The notes beneath the pieces were generated by a model that worked only from the letters and a program-made list of their open reading frames with translations, was not told the DNA's origin and made no database searches. 64,000 bases of DNA from contig QZJN01000001.1 of NCBI GenBank assembly GCA_003599335.1, forward strand, positions 6,167-70,166, given 5' to 3'. Shown in pieces: positions 17,498 through 27,935 of this stretch. The position numbers and the translations under genes are program-made. Each line of letters opens with the position of its first letter. Positions within the stretch are counted from its first letter, which is position 1. The stretch is from Candidatus Parcubacteria bacterium. Lineage in GTDB: Bacteria; Patescibacteriota; Minisyncoccia; SURF-38.

Positions 17498-19729
17498 ATG
17501 TACAACCAGCTTTCTTATCAAGGCAAGGTTTTGTTTTGGATAATAACCTCTTTGGTTTGGGCGCTTTTATTTGCGCCTTTTATTATTTCTTCACAGACAC
17601 TTTTTCCTTTTCAGGTCGGCAAGGCAATTTATTACAGGATTTTGGTTGAAATAATATTGTTTTTCTACGTCTGGTTGATATTGATTGAGCCGGCAGCCAG
17701 ACCCAAGATCAGTAAGCTTTTTTGGGCAGTTTTTATTTACCTTGGTATACTTTTGCTTTCAACGTTATTTAGTATTCACCCTTATCGTAGTTTTTGGGGA
17801 GATATTGAAAGGATGGAGGGGGTTTTTGGCATTTTGCACGGCGGAGCTTTGTTTTTAGTCCTTTTCAGTCTTTTCAGAAGAAAAGGCGATTGGCTTAAAT
17901 TTTTCAAAGTTTCTTTGTTTTTCAGTTTTTGGGTGGCTATTTATTCTTTACGTCAGAAATACGGATCCGGAGTTTTTGAGGCCGGTTCGATACAGCCGGG
18001 ATCAACTCTTGGCAATCCGGCTTTTAACGCGACGTATGTTTTGTTTCAGATGTTTTTTGCAGCGATCATTTTTTGGTGGGATCGCAATGTTTGGTGGAGA
18101 CTTTATGCCGTTTCGGCTTTTGTCTTGAATTTTATAGTTTTAATACTCACGGCCATAAGGGGAGCGCAGGTCGGTCTTTTTGCCGCTTTAGTGGTTATGG
18201 TTATTTTACTCGCAATTTATTGCACCCGTTCTGCAAGGGCAAGGGTGGCCACCGCAGCTATTCTTGTTGGTTTGTTTTTGATACCAACCGCATTGTTTTT
18301 AGGGAGAGACTCCGGGTGGATAAAAAGTATGCCGCTTGCTTTTCAGCGTTTAGCCAATATATCTCTTGAAAGAGACGCCACATTGAATACGCGCATTATT
18401 TCTTTAGGAATATCTTGGGATGCATTTAAGGAAAACCCAATTTTAGGTTATGGGCCAGAGCATTTTAGAGTTGGCTATAACAAATATTTCAATCCAAAGC
18501 ATTTAACTTTTGAGCAAGCTTGGTTTGATCGAGCACATAATAAAATTTCCGATGTTTTAGTTATGACGGGGGGACTTGGTCTTATAAGTTATCTTGCAAT
18601 TTTTGCTTTGGGTTTTTTGGGCCTCATTGGGTATATAAGACGCTCAGAACAGCAAAGAGATAGAGTTTTGGGAAGCTTGGTTGTCGGTCTTGGTGTTGCC
18701 TATTTTGTTCAAAATATATTCCTTTTTGATATGCCAATGAGTTACATTCTTTTCTTTTCAAGTTTGGCATTTGTTGGGTATTTAACCGATTCAAATAATT
18801 CCCAAAATCAACAAATTGAAGGCTCCAAAAAAGGACCAACCGGATCGTTAAAATCTGTTCATTATTTAATTTTGATAGTCGTTGGGGCTGGGGTGATTAT
18901 TGCCATAGGTTGGGGCAACTGGAAGCCCTATAACACCTCTTATTGGGGTAGGCAGGGTCTTGGAGCTGCAACGCCACAGCAAAGTTTGGATGGTTATAAA
19001 AAAGCCCTTGAATCTGGGGGTTATCCAGCTTCGGAGGTTTTGAGGGTTATGACGGATACCCTTTTGAATTCCGGTGGGGCGCGTTTAGTCGAGTGGAATG
19101 AATTATTTTATTACACAACCAATGAGATGGAAAAGTTTCTGGCAATAGAGCCCCTTGATCCGAGACAATTTATTCGTTTAGGAAAAGTTTACAACGAACA
19201 TACTGCCTTGGAGCCCCAATACACCAAAGACGCCGAAGAAGCCCTTCTTAAAGCTATTGAGCTTGCTCCAAAGCGCCCAGACGCTTATTACGAGCTTGGG
19301 GTGACTTATCTGCAAAGAAACGAAACCGAAGCCGGCCTTGCTTTGTTTCGTAAAGCTTCAGAATTTAATCCCGATAATGCTAGGGGGCATTGGACTTTAG
19401 GTTTGGCATTGATGATAGTTCAAAGGTTTGACGATGGTGTTAGAGAAATAGAGAAAGCCATTGAACTTGGTTATGAGTGGCGAACGCCGGCTGACATGAA
19501 TAATCTAGCAAGAATTTATGGAGTGGTTGGTCGTTTTGATAAGGTTGCCGAGGTTTATGAAGCGGCGATTGAAATTTATTCAAACGAACCAAGTTATCAC
19601 GCAAATTTAGCGAGTGTTTACAGACAACTTGGCAGGCTTGAAGAGGCAAAAAGAGAAGCTCAAAGAGCAGCCGAGCTTGATCCAAATTTTAAAGCAGAAG
19701 CAGAGAAGTTTATTCAAGAGCTTCAATAA
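17498..19729 (+). CDS. Polytopic O-antigen ligase/polymerase-like (Wzy_C family) membrane protein with C-terminal TPR repeats.
   Basis: Ten or more TM helices in the first ~450 aa, including the Wzy_C-like loop region. The C-terminal ~250 aa hold TPR-like repeats (AYYELGVTYLQRNE, ARGHWTLGLALM, YHANLASVYRQLGRLEEA). Confidence 0.7.
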   Translation: MYNQLSYQGKVLFWIITSLVWALLFAPFIISSQTLFPFQVGKAIYYRILVEIILFFYVWLILIEPAARPKISKLFWAVFIYLGILLLSTLFSIHPYRSFWGDIERMEGVFGILHGGALFLVLFSLFRRKGDWLKFFKVSLFFSFWVAIYSLRQKYGSGVFEAGSIQPGSTLGNPAFNATYVLFQMFFAAIIFWWDRNVWWRLYAVSAFVLNFIVLILTAIRGAQVGLFAALVVMVILLAIYCTRSARARVATAAILVGLFLIPTALFLGRDSGWIKSMPLAFQRLANISLERDATLNTRIISLGISWDAFKENPILGYGPEHFRVGYNKYFNPKHLTFEQAWFDRAHNKISDVLVMTGGLGLISYLAIFALGFLGLIGYIRRSEQQRDRVLGSLVVGLGVAYFVQNIFLFDMPMSYILFFSSLAFVGYLTDSNNSQNQQIEGSKKGPTGSLKSVHYLILIVVGAGVIIAIGWGNWKPYNTSYWGRQGLGAATPQQSLDGYKKALESGGYPASEVLRVMTDTLLNSGGARLVEWNELFYYTTNEMEKFLAIEPLDPRQFIRLGKVYNEHTALEPQYTKDAEEALLKAIELAPKRPDAYYELGVTYLQRNETEAGLALFRKASEFNPDNARGHWTLGLALMIVQRFDDGVREIEKAIELGYEWRTPADMNNLARIYGVVGRFDKVAEVYEAAIEIYSNEPSYHANLASVYRQLGRLEEAKREAQRAAELDPNFKAEAEKFIQELQ

Positions 19730-20897
19730 TAAGCTCGCTGAATTGTTGAACCATCAGTTCAATTGAAAATTGGCTCGTTTTATTGTAAGCCTCTTGGGCC
19801 AACACTTGGCGGTAATTTTTATCGCTCAGCAATGATAACATTGCCTGTTCCAAGGCTTCGTTATCGGCCGGTTCTATAAGCAGGCCATTTTTTTTATCTT
19901 CTATTATTTCGGGAATGCCGCCTACGGCGGTGGCTATTATGGGTAATTTTGCCGCCATTGCTTCTATTATTGTCCAAGGAGAACCTTCTTTTAGGGACGG
20001 AAGAACAAAAACATCAAACGCTTTAAGATAAGAAGCTGCATTTGGGATGGCCCCCTTTAATTCAAAAAGATTGTTCAAATCGCGAACGTTTATTTTGCCC
20101 TCGATAAGTTTTTTTTCGGGGCCATCTCCGATTATGACAAAAAGAAGATTTTCTCTTAAAGCAGGGTTTCGTTCAAGTAGATAAAAAGCAGAGTTAACAA
20201 GATTATCCAGGCCCTTATTTCTATAAAAATTGGCAATGGTTCCTATAACGGTTTTGCCTTTGGTTTTTAAGCCCAATTTATTTCTGGCTTCGTCGCGTTC
20301 GTAAAGTATTTTTTGGAAAGTTTTTAAATCTATTCCGTTGCGCACGAGCCTTAATTTATCGGGGTTGGTTATTTTTTTATCTATAGCCAAATCAAAGTTA
20401 TTTTGAGAATTAACGATGATAATATCTTTCAGCCACGATGTTGATTTTTCTATCCAAAGATAGACTAACTTGCGGAGACGACTTAAATCTTCTGTAAAAG
20501 CGAAACCTCCGATTCTGTAAAAAACCTTTAATTTTTTTCCACCAATAATTTTATGGATAATCGAAGCTAAGGACCCGTAAAATCCAGCCTTGGTGCTTAA
20601 AAGGAAAAATATATCAGGACATTCCGATTTTAATAATTTTATTATTTTCAAAAAGGCCCCAATATCTTTTAGGGGAGAAAAATGGGAAGAGGTAAGGTTT
20701 GGAATATTTACAAAACGTATCCCGTTTTTCTGGAGTTCTCCCATGATGTAGCCTTTACCCCCGGCTGCAACCACAATTTCAATTTCCGGATAGGATTTGA
20801 CAAAACGGGGTAAAAATTCGATCAAAAACCTCTGCGCCCCTCCCCAGTCTGACTCGGTTATTAAAAAAACTATTTTTCCTGTTATTTCAAGCTTCAT
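19710..20897 (-). CDS. Glycosyltransferase, GT-B fold (GT4/GT1 family).
   Basis: C-terminal EX7E-type motif region PSLKEGSPWTIIEAMAAKLPIIATAVGGIPEII. The N-terminal domain is GT4-like. Confidence 0.8.
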   Translation of the reverse strand: MKLEITGKIVFLITESDWGGAQRFLIEFLPRFVKSYPEIEIVVAAGGKGYIMGELQKNGIRFVNIPNLTSSHFSPLKDIGAFLKIIKLLKSECPDIFFLLSTKAGFYGSLASIIHKIIGGKKLKVFYRIGGFAFTEDLSRLRKLVYLWIEKSTSWLKDIIIVNSQNNFDLAIDKKITNPDKLRLVRNGIDLKTFQKILYERDEARNKLGLKTKGKTVIGTIANFYRNKGLDNLVNSAFYLLERNPALRENLLFVIIGDGPEKKLIEGKINVRDLNNLFELKGAIPNAASYLKAFDVFVLPSLKEGSPWTIIEAMAAKLPIIATAVGGIPEIIEDKKNGLLIEPADNEALEQAMLSLLSDKNYRQVLAQEAYNKTSQFSIELMVQQFSELIIEALE

Positions 20898-21072
20898 TTA
20901 ATTGATTCAATAATCATTTATATTGTATAGTGGGACATCATTGAATATACCCAGTAGTAGAGCTTTTAATCAAATCAGAACGCGAACTTAGAAAGCTTAA
21001 TATGAAATTGATTTTCAGAACAGCCAGCATTTATTCACTACCGGGCCGGCAATTAACTCGGGTTTAACAAGG

Positions 21073-22911
21073 ATGTGCGGTATAGCGGGTATTTTTAATA
21101 CATCACAAGAAAAAATCAGCCCAGATATTATTCGGGCGATGATAAAGCCGATTATTCACCGAGGCCCAGATAATCAGGATTTTTTTCATGATGGTAATAT
21201 CGCTCTGGGCAGCGCAAGGCTTTCGATTATAGATCTTAAAACCGGCGACCAGCCGGTGTTTAATGAGGATGGCACGATTGCCATAGTCTTTAATGGGGAG
21301 ATTTATAACTTTCATGAAATAAGAGAACGTTTGTTGAAAAAGAACCATTTCTTTAAAACGGCAAGCGACACAGAGACGATTGTTCATTTATACGAAGAAG
21401 TCGGGACTAATTGCCTTTCTGAATTAAACGGCATGTTCGCTTTTGCACTCTGGGATAAAAATAAAGAGAGGCTTTTTGTAGCAAGGGACAGATTGGGAGT
21501 TAAGCCCCTTTACTGGACTTTTCAAAATGGAACTTTTCTTTGCGGTTCAGAGATAGATGCTTTGTTTGGGGGGCTTAATGTAAAACCCGATTTTAATACT
21601 GATTCTTTAGCTTTTTATTTTACTTATGGATTTATTCCTGCCCCACTTACCATTTATAAAGAGATTTTTAAATTGGAGCCTGGGCATTTTCTGACAATTG
21701 ATAAATTCGGTGTTAAAAAACAAAGGTACTGGCAAGCGCCAAGAGAAATTAATAATAATTTTGAACAAGAAGAAATAGCTCCGACAATTTATAAACTGAC
21801 AAAAGATGCTGTTGAGCGGAGGTTAATTTCCGATGTTTCTTTGGGGGCTTTTTTAAGCGGGGGGTTTGATTCCAGCGTTGTTGTCGGTTTTATGAAAGAG
21901 TTGGCTGGTTCAGCCGAAACTTTCAGCATTGGGTTTGAGGGAGTGGGATTTTTTAACGAATTACCTCAAGCCAAAATGGTCGCAAAATATTTTGGGGTTA
22001 AAAATAACAGCGAAGTAATAAGTCAGAAAACCATAAAGGAATTAATCCCCGAAGTTCTTTCTGAAATTGATGACCCGTTTGCCGATTCTTCAATAATTCC
22101 AACCTTTTTGTTATCCAAAATAACAAGAAAGAAAGTTAAGGTTGCTTTGTCGGGCGATGGGGGAGACGAAATTTTTGTCGGCTACAACAAATATAGAGGG
22201 CATATTTTTGGTAGGAATTCATTAGTTGGTCTTCTTTCAAAGGCTGCATCTTTTTTGCCAGTAAGCAGAGAGAGTCGTTTTGGCGAATTGATTCGTAAGG
22301 CAGAAAAATTCAGGCAGGGATCTTCATCATCTTTGGCAGAGAGGCATTTTATATGGACATCAATTTTTTCAGAAACGGACAAACTTTTAATAGGTTTGAA
22401 ATTACATCCCAAAAAAGAATATCTCTCATTTTTTAAGGAGGAAGGATCTTTGGAAGAAGCTTTGCTTGTCGATTTGGAGTTTTCTTTGCCAAATGACATG
22501 CTCACAAAAGTTGATTTGGCAAGTATGTGGAATTCTCTGGAAGTCAGATCTCCTTTCTTGGATTATAGGCTCTGTGAGTATATGTTTAGGATTCCAGCTT
22601 CAATTCGGTTTAAAAACGGCAAATTGAAAAATCTCGGGAAACTCGCTTTTGAAAGTTTGTTGCCAGATTTCGTTTTAAATTACAGAAAGCAGGGATTTGA
22701 AATCCCCATTGGAGAATGGTTCCGCCAGGATTTGGGGAAAAGTCTTTTGGATTTAATGGGTGGAGCAAAAACACAGTGGGGAGGGATAATTAATTTTAAC
22801 GAGGTGGACAGATTGTTTGCAGAACATAAAAATAAAAAGGCAGATAATTCAAAAATTTTATGGGCTCTTTATACTTTATTTTTTTGGTCCATAAAAAATA
22901 AACACCCATGA
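21073..22911 (+). CDS. asnB: Asparagine synthetase B-type glutamine amidotransferase (copy 1 of 2).
   Basis: N-terminal MCGIAG (Cys2 Ntn nucleophile). GATase-2 domain. PP-loop SGGxDSS (LSGGFDSSVVV) in the synthetase domain. Confidence 0.85.
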   Translation: MCGIAGIFNTSQEKISPDIIRAMIKPIIHRGPDNQDFFHDGNIALGSARLSIIDLKTGDQPVFNEDGTIAIVFNGEIYNFHEIRERLLKKNHFFKTASDTETIVHLYEEVGTNCLSELNGMFAFALWDKNKERLFVARDRLGVKPLYWTFQNGTFLCGSEIDALFGGLNVKPDFNTDSLAFYFTYGFIPAPLTIYKEIFKLEPGHFLTIDKFGVKKQRYWQAPREINNNFEQEEIAPTIYKLTKDAVERRLISDVSLGAFLSGGFDSSVVVGFMKELAGSAETFSIGFEGVGFFNELPQAKMVAKYFGVKNNSEVISQKTIKELIPEVLSEIDDPFADSSIIPTFLLSKITRKKVKVALSGDGGDEIFVGYNKYRGHIFGRNSLVGLLSKAASFLPVSRESRFGELIRKAEKFRQGSSSSLAERHFIWTSIFSETDKLLIGLKLHPKKEYLSFFKEEGSLEEALLVDLEFSLPNDMLTKVDLASMWNSLEVRSPFLDYRLCEYMFRIPASIRFKNGKLKNLGKLAFESLLPDFVLNYRKQGFEIPIGEWFRQDLGKSLLDLMGGAKTQWGGIINFNEVDRLFAEHKNKKADNSKILWALYTLFFWSIKNKHP

Positions 22912-24050
22912 GTTTCAATCAAAAGGGCGAAAAAAAGAGAATTTTGATTGTTTCTACTGCTTATTTACCTCTAATTGGTGGGGCTGAACTTGCGGTTAGA
23001 GAAATTACCGACCGTCTGGGCGACAACTATGATTTTAGTCTAATCTGTGCCAGATTAGACTCAAAACTTCCCTCAAAAGAAAGGATTGGATCGGTCGCAA
23101 TTGAAAGGGTTGGGTTTGGTTCTTCCTTTGATAAGATCATTTTGCCGTTTGCTGTTTTTCTGAAAGCCTTTAGAGAGAAAAGGCCAGATGTTTTATGGGT
23201 TATCATGGCTGTGCAGGGAGCCTTTGGAGCATTATTTTTTAAGATTGTAAGGCCTAAAACAAAAATGTTATTAACGCTGCAGGAGGGAGATCCGGAAGAA
23301 CTTATTTTAAAAAAGATAGGTATATTTTATCCGTTGTGGCGCCAAATTTTCAGACGCGCAGATTACATTCAAGTTATTAGCAGATATCTTAAGAATTTTG
23401 CCATTCGGCATGGCGCCGTAACGACCATTGAGGTTATTCCCAATGGGGTGGATTTTCAAAAAATTAAAAACACTTCTGTCTTCAAAAAATTTAAAGCTAA
23501 AAAGAACGAAGCTTTGATAATTAGCACATCACGCTTGGCCTACAAAAACGGTATGGATACTCTTATTGAGGCTATGGGCATTTTAGTTGCTGATGGGCAT
23601 AGGGATTTGAGACTTGCTATAGCCGGCAGCGGGCCAGACGAGTCCAAATTGCGAGACTTAGCCAAAAGGCTTAAGATTGAAAGTTTTGTTGATTTTCTTG
23701 GTTTAATAGAACCGGATGATGTTGCTTCTTTTCTAAAAGCCGGTGATGTATTTGTCCGTCCTTCCAGAGCCGAGGGTCTTGGGAGTTCTTTTTTAGAGGC
23801 TATGGCGGTAGGATTGCCTGTTATCGGAACAAGGGTTGGCGGGATACCAGATTTTTTGGAAGATCAAAAAACAGGTCTTTTTTGTAAGGTTGATGATCCT
23901 AAAGATTTAGCATCTAAAATAAAGCTCTTGTTATCAAATAAGAAGCTTTATGAAAATATAGCGTTGGGCGGTAAAAATTTAGTTGACTCAAATTATGATT
24001 GGAGTAATATTGCTATGCGAATGAAAAAAATATTCGATTCAATGACATGA
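22908..24050 (+). CDS. Glycosyltransferase, GT4 family.
   Basis: Motif region PSRAEGLGSSFLEAMAVGLPVIGTRVGGIPDFL. Start overlaps the asnB stop (ATGA coupling). Confidence 0.8.
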   Translation: MSFNQKGEKKRILIVSTAYLPLIGGAELAVREITDRLGDNYDFSLICARLDSKLPSKERIGSVAIERVGFGSSFDKIILPFAVFLKAFREKRPDVLWVIMAVQGAFGALFFKIVRPKTKMLLTLQEGDPEELILKKIGIFYPLWRQIFRRADYIQVISRYLKNFAIRHGAVTTIEVIPNGVDFQKIKNTSVFKKFKAKKNEALIISTSRLAYKNGMDTLIEAMGILVADGHRDLRLAIAGSGPDESKLRDLAKRLKIESFVDFLGLIEPDDVASFLKAGDVFVRPSRAEGLGSSFLEAMAVGLPVIGTRVGGIPDFLEDQKTGLFCKVDDPKDLASKIKLLLSNKKLYENIALGGKNLVDSNYDWSNIAMRMKKIFDSMT

Positions 24051-25144
24051 AGATCGCAGTAGTAGGAGCTGGGATTTTTGGCGTTACGGCGGCCACAAGA
24101 TTGGCCAAAAGTGGTCATTCCGTTGATTTATTCGAAAAACACGGCGATATCTTGCAGGCAGCTTCCGGTATAAATCAGTTCAGGCTCCATAGGGGATATC
24201 ATTATCCAAGAAGCCCAGAAACAATAAGAGAATCTTTATCAGCTCAAGAGTCTTTTGCCGGTGAATATAGGCCAGCTATTATTGATGATTTTGATCATCA
24301 TTATTGTATTGCTAAAGAAAAAAGTTTTGTTTCCGGGGACCAATTTATGAAAACATGTTTGGAGTATGGACTTGAACATGAACATTGCGAGTTGGGATTA
24401 GTCAGCGATACGAAGGTTGGCGCTAAGTTAAAGGTTAAAGAGTCTCTCGTTGATTTAGAAAAGTTAAAAGAGCTTTGCTGGAAAAAATTAAACGCATCAA
24501 GAGTTAGAGTTTTATTGAACACCAAGGCTGACGCTCAGTCTATCAAAAAATATGATTTTATTGTTTTGTGCATGTACGCAGATAATAATGAGTTTACAGA
24601 GAGCCTTGGAATACCGTCTCAAGATTATCAATATGAACTTTGTGAGAAAATAGTTATAAAGCTACCCGATCAGTTTAAGAATAAAAGCATAGTTATAATG
24701 GATGGACCATTTATGTGCGTTGATCCTTTTGGAAAGACAAATTTGTTTTTGATGGGCAACGTCGTTCATGCAATTCATCATAGTAATGTCGGTAAGCACC
24801 CGGAAATACCATCTGAATTTATACCCTTGTTAAATCGAGGGGTAATTAAAAATCCACCCATAACGAACTTTTCTTTATTTATAGATTCAGCCGCCGAGTT
24901 TATTCCTGCGATAAAACAAGCCGAGCATGTCGGTTCTATGTATACTGTCAGAACAGTTTTGGCTAACGTTGATAAAACAGATAAAAGACCAACTTTGGTT
25001 GATAGGGTTGCTCCAAATATAGTAAGGGTTTTTTCTGGTAAAATAGGAACTTGCGTTCAGGCAGCCCAAGAAGTTGAAAGAATAATCAACGAAATGGAAG
25101 GGGTTGAAAAGAGGGTGGCTAACGAGAGGGTTGCTTTATCTTAG
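24047..25144 (+). CDS. FAD/NAD(P)-binding Rossmann-fold oxidoreductase.
   Basis: N-terminal dinucleotide-binding motif MKIAVVGAGIFGVTAATRLAKSGHSVDLFEK (GxGxxG). The substrate is not inferable. Confidence 0.5.
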   Translation: MKIAVVGAGIFGVTAATRLAKSGHSVDLFEKHGDILQAASGINQFRLHRGYHYPRSPETIRESLSAQESFAGEYRPAIIDDFDHHYCIAKEKSFVSGDQFMKTCLEYGLEHEHCELGLVSDTKVGAKLKVKESLVDLEKLKELCWKKLNASRVRVLLNTKADAQSIKKYDFIVLCMYADNNEFTESLGIPSQDYQYELCEKIVIKLPDQFKNKSIVIMDGPFMCVDPFGKTNLFLMGNVVHAIHHSNVGKHPEIPSEFIPLLNRGVIKNPPITNFSLFIDSAAEFIPAIKQAEHVGSMYTVRTVLANVDKTDKRPTLVDRVAPNIVRVFSGKIGTCVQAAQEVERIINEMEGVEKRVANERVALS

Positions 25145-26039
25145 CGAGGGTTTCTACAACGGCTAAGCCAAATGCTCCATTTGAAAGAGCATTTTTTTGT
25201 TGTTTAAGAGATTCAACAAAATTGCTGCATTCAAGTTCAAGGGGAGTTTTAGCCGTTTTATATATTTTTTTAATATTTCCGCTTCTGTCTAAACTATAAA
25301 GTTCGTCGTTTTCCCAGATAAAACAATTTTTTTTGGTTATAATCACGGCAGTTTTATTTTTTATGTTGGAAACTCGGTTTATATTGATAAAGAAATTCTT
25401 ATTTTTTCCGGAACTGCCTTTTATTGAAATAATATCGCTTGGACTAATAAACCCATTTGAATTAATAATAGAAAGTTTGGTTGGTCTGCCAAGTAAATAG
25501 GAAATTACGGCAATGTCATGACAGGCAAGGTTCCAAAGAATATCTTCATGGAAGCTTCCGAGCTTATTCCAGTTGAAATAACAACTTATGGCATCTTCAT
25601 TTGCTAGGAGTTTTTTTAACTTTTCAGTTATTTCATGATAAACAAATGTGTGACCGACAAAAAGAAGCCGTTTTTTTGTTTTGGCCAACAGAACAAGCTT
25701 TTTTGCTTTGGATACATCGTTTGTTAGTGGTTTTTCAACAAAAACATTTTTGCCGGCCTCAAGGGCTTTTCTTGCAAGTTCAAAATGGGTTCTTATGGGA
25801 GTGGCTATAACAAGAGCATTTATAGATTTATCTTTCAAAAGGGAAGTATAATCCGTGGTTAATTTTATACCGGGATAATTTTTTTTCATCCATTCGATTT
25901 CTTGTTTATTTCCGCGATTACAACAAGCCGAAATCTTTGTTAATTTATCAAATTCTCTTATTAAATTTTTTCCCCACCTTCCAATTCCAACTATTGCGAC
26001 GGTTGGCTTTGGGGCTTTATTTTTAAGGTTTTGTGGCAT
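25119..26039 (-). CDS. Gfo/Idh/MocA-family NAD(P)-dependent sugar dehydrogenase/oxidoreductase.
   Basis: N-terminal Rossmann motif VAIVGIGRWGKNLIREF, with the family's typical EKP motif (VFVEKPL). Confidence 0.7.
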   Translation of the reverse strand: MPQNLKNKAPKPTVAIVGIGRWGKNLIREFDKLTKISACCNRGNKQEIEWMKKNYPGIKLTTDYTSLLKDKSINALVIATPIRTHFELARKALEAGKNVFVEKPLTNDVSKAKKLVLLAKTKKRLLFVGHTFVYHEITEKLKKLLANEDAISCYFNWNKLGSFHEDILWNLACHDIAVISYLLGRPTKLSIINSNGFISPSDIISIKGSSGKNKNFFININRVSNIKNKTAVIITKKNCFIWENDELYSLDRSGNIKKIYKTAKTPLELECSNFVESLKQQKNALSNGAFGLAVVETLAKIKQPSR

Positions 26040-26070
26040 AGTATTACTTAATATATAAGCACACGAATAT

Positions 26071-27207
26071 ATGTTTAATCAAATGAAGATTGTTTTGGCA
26101 ACGGGGGTTTTTTATCCAGATGTTGGTGGTCCAGCTATACATTGTCGCAAGATTGCAGAGATGCTTACCGAAAGGGGATTCAAAGTTGTTGTGGTGACTT
26201 ATGGAGAAAACCCTGAAGGTGATAATTTTAAATTTTCGGTAAAGAGAATTTCAAGGAAAATATTTAAACCTTTACGTTGGTTTATTTATTCGGTAAAGGT
26301 TTTTTTCTCTTCATTTGATGCTTCGGTCATTTATGCTTTTGATGTGACAGCGGCTGGAATGCCGGCGTTTCTTACGGCCAAACTTTTTGGGAAAAGATTT
26401 ATTGTCCGCATTGGGGGCGATCCGATATGGGAGAGGGTTGTGGAAAAGGGAAAGAGGTTTGTTTCTATTACAAAATATTATAAAGATAAATTTTATCTGG
26501 TGGATAAGCCTTATTTGTTTAGGGCAATTCGGTTTATGCTTGGTAGGACCGATAAAATTGTCACATACTGTTTTTTATTAAGGGATCTTTATGTGAACTA
26601 TTATGAAATATCAAAAGATAAAATTGAGCTTATATTTAACCCTTTTCTGAAAAAAGAATCTTTATCGGCTTCTTTAAAGCGCCAACCTAAAGTTTTATTT
26701 GCCGGCAGGTTTGTTTCTTACAAAAATTTATATTTAGTGATTGGGGTGTTCGAAAGGATTCGTAAAAGTCTTGGGAAGGGCGAGTTGGTCTTGATTGGTG
26801 ATGGCCCCGATGAAGAGATTTTAAAGGGAATGATTAAAAAAAGTAAGTTTTCGCAAGCCATGCGCATATTGCCAAAAATGCCTCAAGAAAAGTTGTTTGA
26901 GCATATTCAATCGTCGTTGGTGTGCGTTGGTCCGGCACTGACAGAGTTTAATCCAAATTTCATTCTTGAGAGCTTATCTTTAGGAAAGCCGGTCTTGCTA
27001 AGCAAAGAAAATGGGTTAACGGTTAAACTTCCCGAAGAATTTTTATTTGATCCGAATAATGAAGATGAGTTTAAGATGAAGCTTGAAAGATTTTTTGACG
27101 ATAATTTTTATAAAGAGGCGGTTGGGAAGGTTAAAAGTTTATCCATGGATCAGACTTGGGAAGAGGTATTAGATATGCATTGGAAATTAATAAATAAGCT
27201 TCTATGA
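26071..27207 (+). CDS. Glycosyltransferase, GT-B fold (GT4-like).
   Basis: The N-terminus MKIVLATGVFYPDVGGPAIH is typical of GT4. The C-terminal domain carries a nucleotide-sugar-binding region. Confidence 0.65.
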   Translation: MFNQMKIVLATGVFYPDVGGPAIHCRKIAEMLTERGFKVVVVTYGENPEGDNFKFSVKRISRKIFKPLRWFIYSVKVFFSSFDASVIYAFDVTAAGMPAFLTAKLFGKRFIVRIGGDPIWERVVEKGKRFVSITKYYKDKFYLVDKPYLFRAIRFMLGRTDKIVTYCFLLRDLYVNYYEISKDKIELIFNPFLKKESLSASLKRQPKVLFAGRFVSYKNLYLVIGVFERIRKSLGKGELVLIGDGPDEEILKGMIKKSKFSQAMRILPKMPQEKLFEHIQSSLVCVGPALTEFNPNFILESLSLGKPVLLSKENGLTVKLPEEFLFDPNNEDEFKMKLERFFDDNFYKEAVGKVKSLSMDQTWEEVLDMHWKLINKLL

Positions 27208-27935
27208 ACCCGAAAGTTTTGGTTGTGCAAAAAATAGAGACTTTTATAACCCCAAATAAGCCATTCAGAATTCTTGAGCTTGGAGTTGGCTCAACAACCC
27301 CATTTGAATATTTAGTTAAAAAATATCCTCTTGTCGAATACGTTGGAGTTGAGCCGATTGGATTTGGCCCAAAAGACAGCCTTAAGGATTTTAGGAAATT
27401 AGCGAATGTAAAGTTTTTTAATCAATTTGGGGAGGAAAGACTTAGGGCGTATACAGCTGGTTATTTTGATGTTTGCGCTTCTTTTAGCGTTTTAGAACAT
27501 GTTAAAAATCTTGAAGCTTTTTTAAAAAACAGCATTGATTATGTTAAAACCAATGGTCGTATTGTTCATTTTTATGATCGCGGTCATTCAATGAGGCCGT
27601 CTTCTTTTAGAGAAAGGCTTCATGTTTTTTTTGGAAATTATTTGCCGTTTTTGCTTCCGGCCAAAAAGTTTGTGCGTCATCTTGATGAAAAAAAAGTTGA
27701 TAATTTGATCAGAAAATACGGGACGGAAATTGAAGAAATCACTTATCATAATATGCCAGATCATAAGCAGTTTATTAAGAATTTGGATAGAAATGACAGT
27801 TTATCTAAGAAACTTGCGGCCGATTTGTCGAGTTGGGAATTTTTAGTTTCAAAATATGTCAGGGCAATGCCAGACGATATTCGAGAAAGATTCTTTTTAA
27901 GCGTTTGTTTTTGGGCTAAAAAGAAAATCACATGA
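27204..27935 (+). CDS. Class I SAM-dependent methyltransferase.
   Basis: Motif I-like ILELGVGSTTP. Motif FDVCASFSVLEHV is typical of Methyltransf_11/23. Coupled by ATGA overlap. Confidence 0.6.
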   Translation: MNPKVLVVQKIETFITPNKPFRILELGVGSTTPFEYLVKKYPLVEYVGVEPIGFGPKDSLKDFRKLANVKFFNQFGEERLRAYTAGYFDVCASFSVLEHVKNLEAFLKNSIDYVKTNGRIVHFYDRGHSMRPSSFRERLHVFFGNYLPFLLPAKKFVRHLDEKKVDNLIRKYGTEIEEITYHNMPDHKQFIKNLDRNDSLSKKLAADLSSWEFLVSKYVRAMPDDIRERFFLSVCFWAKKKIT